Assembly (NCBI RefSeq): GCF_009914755.1
Contig: NC_060936.1
Source: the human T2T-CHM13v2.0 reference genome, Homo sapiens
Reading direction: 5' to 3' (one strand)
Length of the DNA: 64,000 bases
The notes beneath the pieces were generated by a model. The model worked only from the letters and a program-made list of their open reading frames with translations. It ran no database searches and was not told where the DNA came from. Every line of letters starts with the position of its first letter. Within the stretch, counting starts at the first letter, position 1. Made by a program: the position numbers and the translations under genes. Shown piece by piece: positions 14,766-27,315 of the stretch.

Positions 14766-15069
14766 CAGGTTCTTAATCATCCACTAAAATGACTTCACAT
14801 GATTTATATCTCATGGACTGGCAGTTTTTGTGAAGGTTTTGAAAGCAACACCTTCAAAGGCAAGAAGATTCCGCCTCTTCCCACCCCACTTCCAAGAAAA
14901 AGACTCTACCTCAGCTTGAAGCTCCCAACTCTTTTCTGCAAAACTTATCAACAACCCGCCTAACCGGTGAAGGGAAAAATTGAAATCCTGGGAGTGGCTT
15001 GGAGTAGGAAGAATAGAAAAGCAACAATACAGTAGTAGCGTTTCAACTTGGAGACACTCATAACTGCAC

Positions 15070-15404
15070 TGTGGTTTCCCTGTTTCCCAACACCCTCTCC
15101 AGCAAAACCCCTGCCAGGCCCACAATCCCAAGCTCCACCTAGTTCTCACCCAAACTGCCAATCCACAACAAATATGTTTCCCAATTCATGACAAGAAGAC
15201 ACTGTGTCAATAGCAGGTGACATTGTGGTGTTAGGTACAACACCCGATGAAAACCCAAAATACTCTTATTGTTCCACCCTTGCAAAAATTCCTCACGGGA
15301 CGGAGCACATGACTCAGTTTGTGGTCTGGTTAATTCCATTTCCAGACACTGGTGAGTTAGGGAACTGAGAATGATTCTTCTTTAAAGGTGTTGTAAAAAC
15401 CACA
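15070..15404. promoter_or_regulatory. Candidate RUNX/AP-1 enhancer motif cluster
   Basis: TGTGGT cores at 15070, 15224, 15320 and 15399 (minus strand); TGACTCA at 15310-15316; no repeat recognised. Confidence 0.35.
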
Positions 15405-15509
15405 GTAATATTTAAGATAACACACGACTCTTTTCCTTTATTCATCTCCCTTCCTGCTCTTCAGGGCGCCAAGTTAAGGCTGCCAGGACTAAGCTGGCCT
15501 CAAGAAGAT

Positions 15510-15735
15510 GGGTTGTGTCCAGGAAAGAAAATATACTCAGAAGACCCAAATCTCAGCTGGAATCCTTCCCCTGCCATTTATCAACCCTCCAAGAAAGGAA
15601 AGTCACTGTTCTTTCAGATTCCATCTCTATAAAAAGGAGCTAAAATGCCAACCTTACATGGTTATTGTGAGGATCAGAGGAGGCGATGGTTATAAAATAG
15701 TGGCACATAGTAGGTCTTCAAATAAATGTTGCTTC
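15510..15735 (+). mobile_element. MIR
   Basis: CATCTCTATAAAAAGG...GGTTATTGTGAGGAT...TGGCACATAGTAGGT. Confidence 0.65.
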
Positions 15736-18384
15736 CGCCTTCCCTCTAAGTATTGGATATTTACATTAGAAATTTTTGTAGAAATGAAGGTAAATTTAGC
15801 AAATATTCTGGACAACGAACCAGAAATACCAAATCCTGGTAGTTGCTCCTTCCCAAAAGAGTGTCATCACAATGCCAGACGTATGGGAAGCAAAATAGCA
15901 TTGTTATTAGTTGAGGCTTTCGTGACAAATCCCACGGCAGGACTTAAGAGTCACCGGGGCTGGGTCACACCACTGTGAATGGTTTCTTTTCTAAAGCTTG
16001 CAGTCTAAACAGCCTCGGGCCAAAGTCAACCTTGAATCCAGCTCTCCTTCACCTTGTATTGCCTCAGCTGCAAACTGACACTAGACATGTAGGGGCGGGG
16101 AACAGTTTCTAAGAGGCAAGGCTGTAGCTCTGTGTTACCTAGCCAGAAAGACATAAAAGAGAAGAAAGACAAACAGACAGAGGATAATGCCCTCCCCTGA
16201 AAGCCCCAGCCCTAGAAAATGAAACCCAGCCAGAGTCCTCAAAGATTACGGATCAGATCCAAGTTATTCCTGGTAATAGAGGCAGTGTTTCTTGCCCTTG
16301 TATCTGATGAAGAGCATGGCAGTGGGGTGGGGAGGAGCCTCAGACTACACTTAGAAGGCTCCAATTGGCCTAATTACCTAAAGACTCATCCTATGATAAT
16401 TCCAGGCTGGCTTTACAAAGCCCCTGAGGATGTAGGTAGCTTTGTACAGCTGTCTACCTCCAGTACAGCTTCTTGAGTCCAACCCAAGAGACTATGATCA
16501 GAAGGTCCAGAGTGGGCCCTGGGAATCTGCATTTAACAGGTTGAACGCACAGTCAGGTGCAGGAGAGACTCTTGTGGTTGGTGATTTGTTTATCCAGTTG
16601 TTTAGTTGATCTTCTGATGACTCATCCATTTCTCAGTCTGTTCCCATTTACATTTTCCTCCTGGGTCTTGCCATTGGCCCTTTCTTTAAAAACGTCTGCT
16701 TCTTCTTGGGTCCAGTGCCATGGCCTCCTCTTAAAAAATCTTTCCCTTCCTATCCACTTGTCATTCAAAGCCACCATCTTGGTGAAAGTGGATTTTAGTA
16801 GGGAATACCATTTCTGGCTATGTATCTTTGAGACGGTTTTGTGACTTGGGAAATGTGTGTCCATCTGACAACTGAGTATGTTGGAAAAATCTGGTAAGAA
16901 CTTATCATGGAAATATGTGCATAATATAAGCTCAAACATAAGTTTAAGGATCAAAGAACAACAGACCACATGTGTAAATTCATGCATGCACACACATGCA
17001 CACACACAGAGAAAATACAATCAAAACATAAGAACATTCTGTGCATGCACATGAAACCCATATGGACCACGGAAAAGTCAATACGCACATTGACCTACAT
17101 TTCTCTAGGCAGGCTGCAACCCCCACAGAGGCATCTAGTTTCCTTCCTCGGGGTAAGACAATAGAATAGCAGCATGCAAAGCCCACCAGCATAATTCACG
17201 GTAACCCCCATTCTTTGCTCACACTCAACCTTAATCCATCAGCCTATCCCTGACCTTTTACTCTAAATTCCTTCTTTAACTACTCTATCCTTTACCACCT
17301 CTCCAGCCATCCTTAATCCTCCTCCATGGTGCAGGAGGATTATTAAGTGAATCTCAGGGATGACATGACCACATCTTTCAAGTAAAGTCACCTTCAAAGG
17401 CTATCTATAGAAAACATTATGACGAGAGAGAGATCAACTGATGATCTGTCTATCTATAGCACAGAAACTGCAACCCATCTCAGGAATATCAATACAAGTA
17501 AAATATCCTAGGCTTTTCTATTTAATGTCTACCTCCAAAATGCTCAGTCATGTCAGAGATAAGGAGAGATGTCATCTGCAGTCTATGACAGAAGCATGGA
17601 GGTACACAAGTACATGCTTTAAATTGGAAAGTAATGTAGAGACGGGAAGGAGTAAAGCAGTACATACATGTGTGCCCCACGTGCGCCAGCCCCCTATGCT
17701 GTCAACAGAGCTCCAGCTCCAGGTGCCGAGAGGAGACTGTGCTGTCTCAGCTACTGTGTGCTCATCTGCATGTGTTCTCTTGCAAAGAGACATATTGGAG
17801 ATGCTCCTTCAACGACTTGCACTGAGATGTGTTTCTGCCCAGGGGTCAGGCATAGCAGCGCCCCCATAGATTTCCAGACCCATGAAATGTTAAAATGGAA
17901 AAGGACTAGAGTGTCCCAAAGTATATGGTAGGGAATATCAGCTGCATTGCATGTAAAATCATATAAAGGAGGGAAACAGAGAGATGGGAAACTCTGCCTC
18001 AAATAAAGTGAAGCTTGTTTCTTTCTTACAGGACTTTTCAGAAGCTTTAGTGTCTAAAGTTCATTGTGAATTCTGAAAGGGAGATAGAACGGTCAATGTT
18101 TCCCAAGCTGACTTGAGCACAGAATCTATTTCTAAGATTCCACTCTCAGGACAACTGTCTTGAGAAACATTTTGAGACAAAATGCAAATTCAATCTAACT
18201 CTTTTCACCCACTCGACAGGTGGAAAAACTAAGGTCCAAGAGCAAACAGCTTAGTTGTAAATGGCACACCGGTAGTCATAAATGGCACACTGGTTAATGG
18301 AAGCCCACGTCTACTGACTTCTGGTTAGGATCACATCTTCACATGTCTCTCATGACATATGAGATTCTGGGTGAGGAATTTAAG

Positions 18385-18535
18385 TCATTCATTCACTCAG
18401 TGAGTGTTTCTTAGGCACCAGTTCTGTGCCACCTCCTGGGCTGGATTCCGGAAGGACAAAACAAACAAAAAGGCATGATTCCTGCCTTCAAGGAGATTAT
18501 AATTTACTGGAACACATAAGAAAGCAGTCAATTAT
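18385..18535 (-). mobile_element. L2 3' end
   Basis: TCATTCATTCA...CTGTGCCA...CCTGCCTTCAAGGAG. Confidence 0.65.
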
Positions 18536-18539
18536 GGCA

Positions 18540-19578
18540 CAGGAAGTTCCTGCTTAGTTTCAATATGCACAGTTCCATATGCATAGTTCCCATATGCATA
18601 GATTCTACTTATTGCAAATTTTAAATAACATCAGTTCCCCAATGACATGGTTCAAATTTAAGTTACTGCAGTATATTAATTTTGTGATTGTATAAAATAC
18701 AACCTTTGCTGCCTTTCAGTCACAGCAGAAATAACAGACGTGTATATTGAGCAGTGACTGATCATGCCACTCTGTTCCAAGTCTGCAGGCAGCTGGTCAC
18801 TGTGGGTCTGTTATTCAGGTCAGACATGGACAGCAAAACATGTCACTGTGTTGCCTCCTTGTCCCTTAGGGATCAACCTACATGTCATTTTATACAACTG
18901 TATCATCAAAAGAAGGAATTGACCAACAAAGATGAAAGTGAAGCAAGAAGGCTGATAAAGCTGGAAGTTAAATTTACATAAAATGTAAACAGAGTTACAG
19001 AAAACATATAGCTGACTGTGGAAATATGGACACTGCTGCCATGTGAGGGACCCTGGATAGACAGCAAGTGGAACTTGGTGAAGGTGAACTTATTGCCATA
19101 AATGAGGAAAGTGATGAAAAAGCTGAAGGTGTCCTAGAAAAGGTAATATCAGTAAGAAATTTCACATTAAAGGAACTCTTGGAGACATTCCACAGCATTG
19201 AAAAGTCAAAGAATAAAATGCTGGAAGTGAATTCAAACCTTGAAAGGAGTCTGACTTGTCAAGGTGTTGAAGAGACGTTCACTTTCCTTACAGATCAAGT
19301 GAAGGCAAGCGTTGTTCAAACCACTAGATAAGACTTTAACAAAGAAATAAGACATAGTTCTCAATATTTTTTGTGTTTTAAAGTACAGTGTACAAAATAA
19401 GAGTTTTAATTGTTTGCATTTTTCTATACACTTATATTCAACAGTAAAAGGATTTTTACTGTTTGGAGAAAAAAATCAAAGGTCACGGCACAATTGTAAT
19501 TTTTCCTATTGTTTAAGATTGCTTTGCATGGTTTCAGCCCTCATGTTTCCATACTTTTGTGCAAAGAGAGGGCACCTG
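18540..19578 (+). mobile_element. TcMar-Tigger non-autonomous element (MER97-like) with transposase remnants
   Basis: CAGG...CCTG|TA ends; ORF 19068-19331 (FTLKELLETFHSIE...VVQTT) resembles the acidic Tigger transposase C-terminus. Confidence 0.75.
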
Positions 19579-19599
19579 TACATAAACACACTCTGGGCC

Positions 19600-20460
19600 T
19601 CAATTTTTCTGCTTTAAGAGAAAATCCATTAGCATACCAATAGAAAAGCAGAGGCACACCCAAATGAAGATGATTCCAGACGGGTTTAGTTTTGAAGGTT
19701 CTATACTTAAAAGCAGAAAGATGTAGGTGGAAGGCAAGCACAAAGTGTATACAGAAACCTGGAGCTAGTGACCACTGACCTGTTACCATCCCTGGGCCCC
19801 CAGGGAAAATGGAAGGAAGCTAACCTGAACCCAGAAAAGAAAGTGATGTTGAGCAGTGTGCCTCTGTTTGAGGAGGAGGGCCAGCCTGAGAGACTCTCCA
19901 GGAAGGGGGACAGGGGACTGAATACCCAACCCTCACTCTCCTCCTCCTTCCCTATTCCCATTGGCTGAACTCACCGTATTAGCCTGTTCTCACACTGCTG
20001 ATAAAGACATACCCAAGACTGGGTAATTTATAAAGAAAAAAGAGATTTAATGGATTCACAGTTCCACATGCCTGAGGAGGCCTCACAATCATGGTGGAAG
20101 GCAAAAGGCACATCTTACATGGTGGCAGACAAGAGAGAATGAGAACCAAGCAAAAGAGGTTTCCCCTTATACAATCATCAGATCTTGTGAGACTTATTCA
20201 CTATTATGAGAATAGTATGGGGGAAACTGTACCCATGATTCAATTATCTTCCACCAAGTCCCTCCTACAACATGTGGGAATGATGGGAGCTATAATTCAA
20301 GATGAGATTTGAGTAGGGACACAGCCAAACCATATCACTCACTTGGAAGCCAGAAGGCTTTGTTGACTGTGTATAGTCAGCAAGTAGCAGCCCCTGGGAC
20401 ACAGAACAGGGTACAGAAGGGTAATATAAGATTAGAAGGGCCAAAAGGAAGAGATCTCAA
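19600..20460 (-). mobile_element. Old MLT1 LTR remnant split by THE1
   Basis: CCCATTGGCTGAACTCAC|TTGGAAGCCAGAAGG joins across the THE1. Confidence 0.55.
19975..20337 (-). mobile_element. THE1 solo LTR
   Basis: Both termini present; exact 5-bp TSD CTCAC (19970-19974, 20338-20342). Confidence 0.95.
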
Positions 20461-21019
20461 ATAGGGCCCTCTTTAGAGAAAATTATTTCATATAACAGGT
20501 AGCCAAAACCTCCCAAATTAGCTTAAACTCCAAAAGGGAATTAGGAGAAGGAAAGACAGCTGTCTGGCAGAAGTCAATGCAGGAAGGACAGTTTGGCTCT
20601 AGGAGGAACTAGAAAGGCATCATGAGCCCAGACAACCTCTCTCCAAGCTTCTGTCTCTGTGACCACCCGGTCTTTGCTTCCTTTTGTCTCTCCATGGCCA
20701 AGAGGCTTTCTCTATCCCCCCACATCATAACAGAAATTAGCATCCCATACCATGCAGCCACCAATAGAGACTAGCTAATGTCTCTTTGTCCTGTGAGAAA
20801 GAACCTGATTGGCCCAACTTTGTTCTAAAGCTGATGCCTGATCCCATGAGCTGCAACCAGGGAGGATCACATGATACTAGCATGGCTGCTAAGGATCATT
20901 CTGGTGTATGAGAGTCACTTTCTCAGAAATGAAGAGTTATGGGCTGGACAGCAACCCGAAAGGTGCTCATAACTGCACTTGTTCTATTTTTATTCAATAA
21001 ACTCTTAAATATACAATAT

Positions 21020-21240
21020 TTTTTTAATGTGCCAGGCACAATTCTAAGTCTTTCCTTCATTTACAACAACCCTATAAGACACAGCCTATTGTTGGCTCTT
21101 TCTATAGGTGAGGAAATTGAGGCATAAAGATAGTAAGTAATTTTTCCAAGGTCACATAGCTGGCAAGTGGCAAAGTTGGGATTTGAACCCACACAGTGTG
21201 ACCCTAGGATTCATGCTTTTAACTAGTATGTTCTATTATC
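21020..21240 (-). mobile_element. MIR
   Basis: TGAGGAAATTGAGGCA...CCAAGGTCACATAGCT...GGATTTGAACCC. Confidence 0.85.
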
Positions 21241-21719
21241 TCTGAAGTTTAAGTAGAGGGAAACAATGGTCTCTATCCATTTGCTTCTCGAAACTTTTCA
21301 AGACTTAAGGTAAAGGGGTACCCCACAACCCTAAAAAGTCGTGTGTTGAACTAACAGAGTAAACTATGAGCCTACAATGGTGAAGGAATTGATCCTCCCA
21401 ATCCACCCCATCTCTTCCCAAAACCCCGACTTCTATTTGCAGGTTCAGAGAACAGAAATGAAAGTGTGACCCAGAGAAATAGAATTCTCACTCTACTCAC
21501 CATCTGAAAATAATCAACTATCATATAATTCAGAAAACAAAGCATCATAGCAAACTATAAAGAGAAAACAATGCCCAAGAGCCATAGAGTTTAATCTTCC
21601 TCTTCCAATAGGTGTCATGACAGCAGATCTACACTGGATCTTGGCACCTTTCCCACATGTTTCTGTTCAAGGGCCCTGTGTCTACTCTGGGCAATTTGGG
21701 CCTGTCCTCTTTGAGGCAA

Positions 21720-22450
21720 ACCAGCCTTCTCTGGGGAAACCTCATTAAGTCCCATTGCTGCAATTAGATGGCAGATGCTGGTGACTCTCAAATCTCCATG
21801 CTGTTCTGAAAACTAAGGAGCCATCTGCCCACTGGCCATCTCCACTTGGAGGTGCCACGCAGGCCCTTCAAATGTAACATGTCCCAAACCAACCCCATCA
21901 TCTTCTTTCCCAGACTCACCTTTCTCTATTGGTCCCCACCTCAAGGAATATCTATCATGTATCCAACCACCAAGTCTGAATTGTAGGAATCATTCTTGAC
22001 CTCTTCTTCTCCCTAACTTACCTTTCTCACATCTATTTAGTAAGTCCTGCTTATCTGACTTCCTGAATATCCCTGAAACTCTTCCACTTCTTTTTGTCCT
22101 CTCCACCACTTTCCCACTTGAGGCCACCATCTTGGTTGCTTGGATGACAGCAGTAGTCTTCTGTCAACAACCATTGCCTCTCTTCAATCCATTTCACAAG
22201 CTGCAACCAGAGTGACCATTCTGAAGTGAAAATCTGATTATAGCTCAGCTTTTCTTAACTGTCTTCAAAGTTTCTCTATTATTCTTGGATCAAATCCTAA
22301 AGTTTCTCTATTATTCTTGGATCAAATCCTAAATCCTTAAAACGATTTATTTGCCTGCACAGTCTGGTGCCCAGTCACCTCTCCAGTCTTCTCCCATACT
22401 ACCCTTCCTTTCACACAGTGTACTCCATGTAGACTAAACTCTCAATCATT
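21720..22450 (+). mobile_element. L2 fragment
   Basis: CATCTCCACTTGGA...CATGTCCCAAACCAA...CCAGAGTGA...AAATCTGAT. Confidence 0.75.
22267..22330 (+). repeat. Perfect 32-bp tandem duplication
   Basis: AAAGTTTCTCTATTATTCTTGGATCAAATCCT x2. Confidence 0.97.
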
Positions 22451-22460
22451 GCACATGCCT

Positions 22461-23158
22461 CTGGTAGGCAGCCCCAAAAATAGTACCAATGATCCTTCGT
22501 CCTGAATTCACACTTGTGACTGTGGACTCAATCCCCTTGAGTGTGGACTGGACTCAGTGACTCACTTCTTTTTTATCCTTTAATTTTTAACAAGCATAAT
22601 TTCAACATTTATTTTACATTCAATGGATACATGCGTAGGTTTGTTACATGGTTATATTGTGTGATGCTGAGGTTTGAGTAATGACTGATCTCATTACCCA
22701 GGTACTGAACATAGTACTCAATAGTTAGTTTTTCAACCCCTTCCCTCTCTCCCACCTCTAGCAGTCCCCAGTGACTATTGTTGCCATCTTTATGTCCGTG
22801 AGTACCAGTGTTTGGCTAGCACTTATAAGTAGTGACTAACTTCTAATGAACAGAATATGGCAAAAGTGATGGGATGTCATCCCAAGATGAGGTTACAGAA
22901 GGACTCTGAAATTTATTATATACTCATATTCTCGCTCTCTCTCTCTCTCCTGCAATGAAAGCAAGCTGCCATGATGCTAGTAGTTCTTCTGAAGATGCCC
23001 AAGTAGCAAGAAATTGATACCTCCAGCCAACAGTGAAGGCCTTATGCAAAGATACATCAGATTCCAAACCCATAATACTGATATAATAAATGTTTGTTAT
23101 TTTGCTCTATTACATTTTGAAGTATGGCATTTTTACACAGCTTTGTGTGACTAATAAA
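22461..23158 (+). mobile_element. MLT1E/F-type LTR split by L1PA
   Basis: CCCCTTGAGTGTGGACTGGAC...GAATATGGCAAAAGTGATGGGATGTCA...GCAAGCTGCCATG. Confidence 0.75.
22570..22830 (-). mobile_element. 5'-truncated L1PA (about PA15/16) 3' end
   Basis: GTTTGTTACATGG...TGATGCTGAGGTTT...CACTTATAAGT; TSD AGTGACT(C/A)ACTTCT at 22556-22569 and 22831-22844. Confidence 0.9.
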
Positions 23159-23159
23159 A

Positions 23160-23440
23160 CTCCATAGATTCTCTCGTTTCTGAGCTACTGCCCATGCTCT
23201 TCCCACCTCCTAGATTGCTCTTCCCACTCCTCCAATTCCAGCCCATTTCCCCTAACTCCAATTAATTCTCAGATCTCAGGTTAGATGACACCTTGTCCAG
23301 GAAGACTTCCCTGACTTTCGTCATCATAGTGTGACAGTAAGCTCTATAAGGGCAGGAACCACGGCTGTCATGATTCACCTTGGATCCCCTGTATTCACAA
23401 AAACACATAGATGTGTGATGAATACTTCCCAAATGAATGA
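23160..23440 (+). mobile_element. L2 3' portion (continuation of the 21.7 kb L2)
   Basis: CCAGGAAGACTTCCCTGAC...GTAAGCTCTATAAGGGCAGG...AATGAATGAA. Confidence 0.7.
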
Positions 23441-24139
23441 AGGCCATAGAAAGGCTTTTCCTCTCCATGCTGAGCTGAATTTTTTCCTTGTGCCAAGCAA
23501 ATGACTCAATATTGGGTGGACACTGACTGTGTCCTGAGCTTCTAGAAGTCGTGTTTTTAATGTATGCAGTTGTAATACTGACCTCATATCTAATATTTAT
23601 ACTGACTTTAAACAGCTCCTCTTCTCCTTCATTCTCTTTTTCACTTTCACAATAACCATGGGAGGCACGATTATCCTCATTTTATGCATAGGAAAAGTTA
23701 AAAAAGGACTTCAGTAAGTTTCATTGACAACCAACTGCAAACCCCAGGTCTCAGAACTGGTCTCCAAACTCAGCATAGAACTGCCTTCAGGAGAAGGATA
23801 CCAGATGAACATACACCCTAATTACCAAATAATTTTTTCTAAAAATAAATGCAGATTGCCTCCACATATATGACTGATGGCCATACTTCATCACCCAGGC
23901 ATGTTGGTAAGCAAATAAACTACAATATGAAATTTCTAATCTCTAAGGGGGTCAGACAGCAGAATCAAGGAAATAAAGTAAAACATAATTAAATCAGATC
24001 CGGAAAAAGGGAAGTTATGAAAAAAATCAGTAAAAAGTAAAGCATTTGAAAAGAAATTAATTTTGATGTTTTCAGATACATAGTGGTAAGCTTATAAATT
24101 GTTAGGAAAAAAACTACAGTTTAATAAGCAAAATAGATT

Positions 24140-24339
24140 TGTTTTTCTTTTGAGACAGGGTTTCACTCCTGTCATCCTGGCTGGAGTACAGTGGAGTGAT
24201 CTCGACTCACTGCAACCTCCGCCTCCCAAGGCGCAAGCAATTCTCCTGCCTCAGCCTCCCAAGCAGCTGAGATTACAGGCATGTGCCACCATGCCCAGCT
24301 AATTTTTGTATTTTTAGTAGAGATGGGGTTTCACCATGT
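24140..24339 (-). mobile_element. 5'-truncated Alu
   Basis: Right arm and linker only, ending TTTCACCATGT. Confidence 0.9.
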
Positions 24340-24410
24340 AAGATTAATTAAAAAAAGAAAAAAAGACCATTCACACTAGGCTGCTTTGCAGACCAATGTA
24401 TCAAGGATGA

Positions 24411-24763
<353 letters not shown>

Positions 24764-25099
24764 TGATTTTTTTTTATTCTATAGAAACTCTACTCACTTC
24801 CTACCAGTAACATTTTTAAATCACGGTTTTGAATTAAGTACAATTCAATTGAAAAATCACAATAACACCAGTTTCAGAGTCTGTACAGTGGGGAAAATAC
24901 TTTGTAAACAATGACTGTTGCTTCGTAAATGCCTGTGAGTAGCTCAGATACATTTGTCTTATGCTGACTGCCATTCAGTTGTTAAAAAGGTTCCAGAATC
25001 TATGCCAAAAACTGGAAAAGTAAGCCAAAGGGTGCAGCGGATATGCAAGTGAGCTTGTGTGGCCCTCATCATATTTTTAAAATTAGTTATCAGTACTTA

Positions 25100-25441
<342 letters not shown>

Positions 25442-25700
25442 TAAAATCCAGCTTTACAGCATCTAAACCCACATCCTCTTACGACAAATGCTGGCCAGAA
25501 CTCAGTAAGGACTTCCCCTCCTTCCAGGGCATGTGGCTTCTGTTTCTCCAGGATTCAGTGCTCCCTGTTTATTCTGTGCCCAGCCTGTACCAGGCATTTA
25601 CAGTACTTGCCTGGCTCCTACGGGCATGGGGTTGAGATTCCTACGCTGAAAATGATGACCACCAATTTCTTAAAATCCTATTGGTTGAAACAGAGATTTA

Positions 25701-26093
<393 letters not shown>

Positions 26094-27099
26094 TTAGCTG
26101 CCTTTTCTTTTGCTCTCTCCCCTCTCCCCAGGTCCCCAACCTCTCTATCATGCATCTCCACTTCTCTCTGTCTCTTGGCTATTTTTTCTCCTCTTATGAG
26201 GTCAATTTCTCCACAACATCAGTTGTCAGTGGCCCAAAATGGCCACTTTGATCTGACATCTATTTCCTGGTCTTTCAAGTTAGCTTTCACAGCTCCCCTG
26301 GCACAGTGTCTCATTGTCCCAAATCCGATTTGATGAAACAGGAATTGCATTGGCATCGTCATCTATTCAACGCAGGCCAGTCAATTTCTGGTCACAGTTG
26401 CTGGTCACTCAATGAATCAAGGTGTCTGGGGCCCTGCCCTAATAACAAGAGAATATTCTATGGCACAAAATATGGCCGCTCAGGGCACCAGGGATTCTAG
26501 GCAAGACACACTTCCTTCAAGGGTAGGCAGGACTTGACCACCTCCCAAAGCCCTCACCCCTGCACCAATAAAGCCACCAGCTTCCAAAACAAGGTCCCCA
26601 GTCTTAAGTGATTTGTCTCTCTGCTCCCACAAGGTGTGGCCTGACCAGGACCTGGCTTCCAGAGAGCAGAGTTATGGACAAAGGAGTCATACCTTTACTT
26701 GGCCACCGAGTCCTCTGCCACATGCACAAATGGAAGTAGTTAGTTTCTGTAATGAATTTGTAACGCTCCTTTGCTTGTTTCCTCTCAGTGCCTGATGGCC
26801 TTTCAAAACAGTGTGAATCCACTGAGAACCATAATTGTGCTGCTTGTTAGCCAATCTAGGCGTTCATGTCCACTGCATCCCCTGACCCAGACAAGCCGCT
26901 GTGCCTCCTCTGAAGTGGCCATAACAAATTTGCTTTATTGGCCTGAATTTGGGAACTCATGTTATTTGCCTTTGAGATAGAACAAAGAGACTCTCTATTT
27001 TCTCTGGCTCCTCCCACCTTTGAGATGGCCAAGAGCAGAGCATGTTTTCCAGGTTTCAGTTCACCCTGCAGAAACAAGGAGATTCTAGCAGTGTGAGAG

Positions 27100-27315
27100 G
27101 TAGACAGGTCTAATGGTTAAGTACACAGGACCCGCCTCGTATCCCAGCTCTGTCACATTCATGCTGTGTGGCTTTGGGCAAGTGGTTTCACCTCTCTGAA
27201 CTCTACTTTCTTCATTGGTTCAGTAGGGAGAATAATACCTCCTTGGTTTGTTGAGAGGATGAAGTGAGAAATGTAAGCAGCCCACATGGCATGAGTTGAT
27301 GTACAAATATTATTT
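27100..27315 (+). mobile_element. MIR
   Basis: TGGTTAAG...ATCCCAGCTCTG...CTGTGTGGCTTTGGGCAAGT. Confidence 0.75.

Noticed and set aside
19068-19331. Acidic 87-aa ORF as a functional protein
   Set aside because: Fragment of a Tigger-like transposase C-terminus in an internally deleted element; non-ATG start
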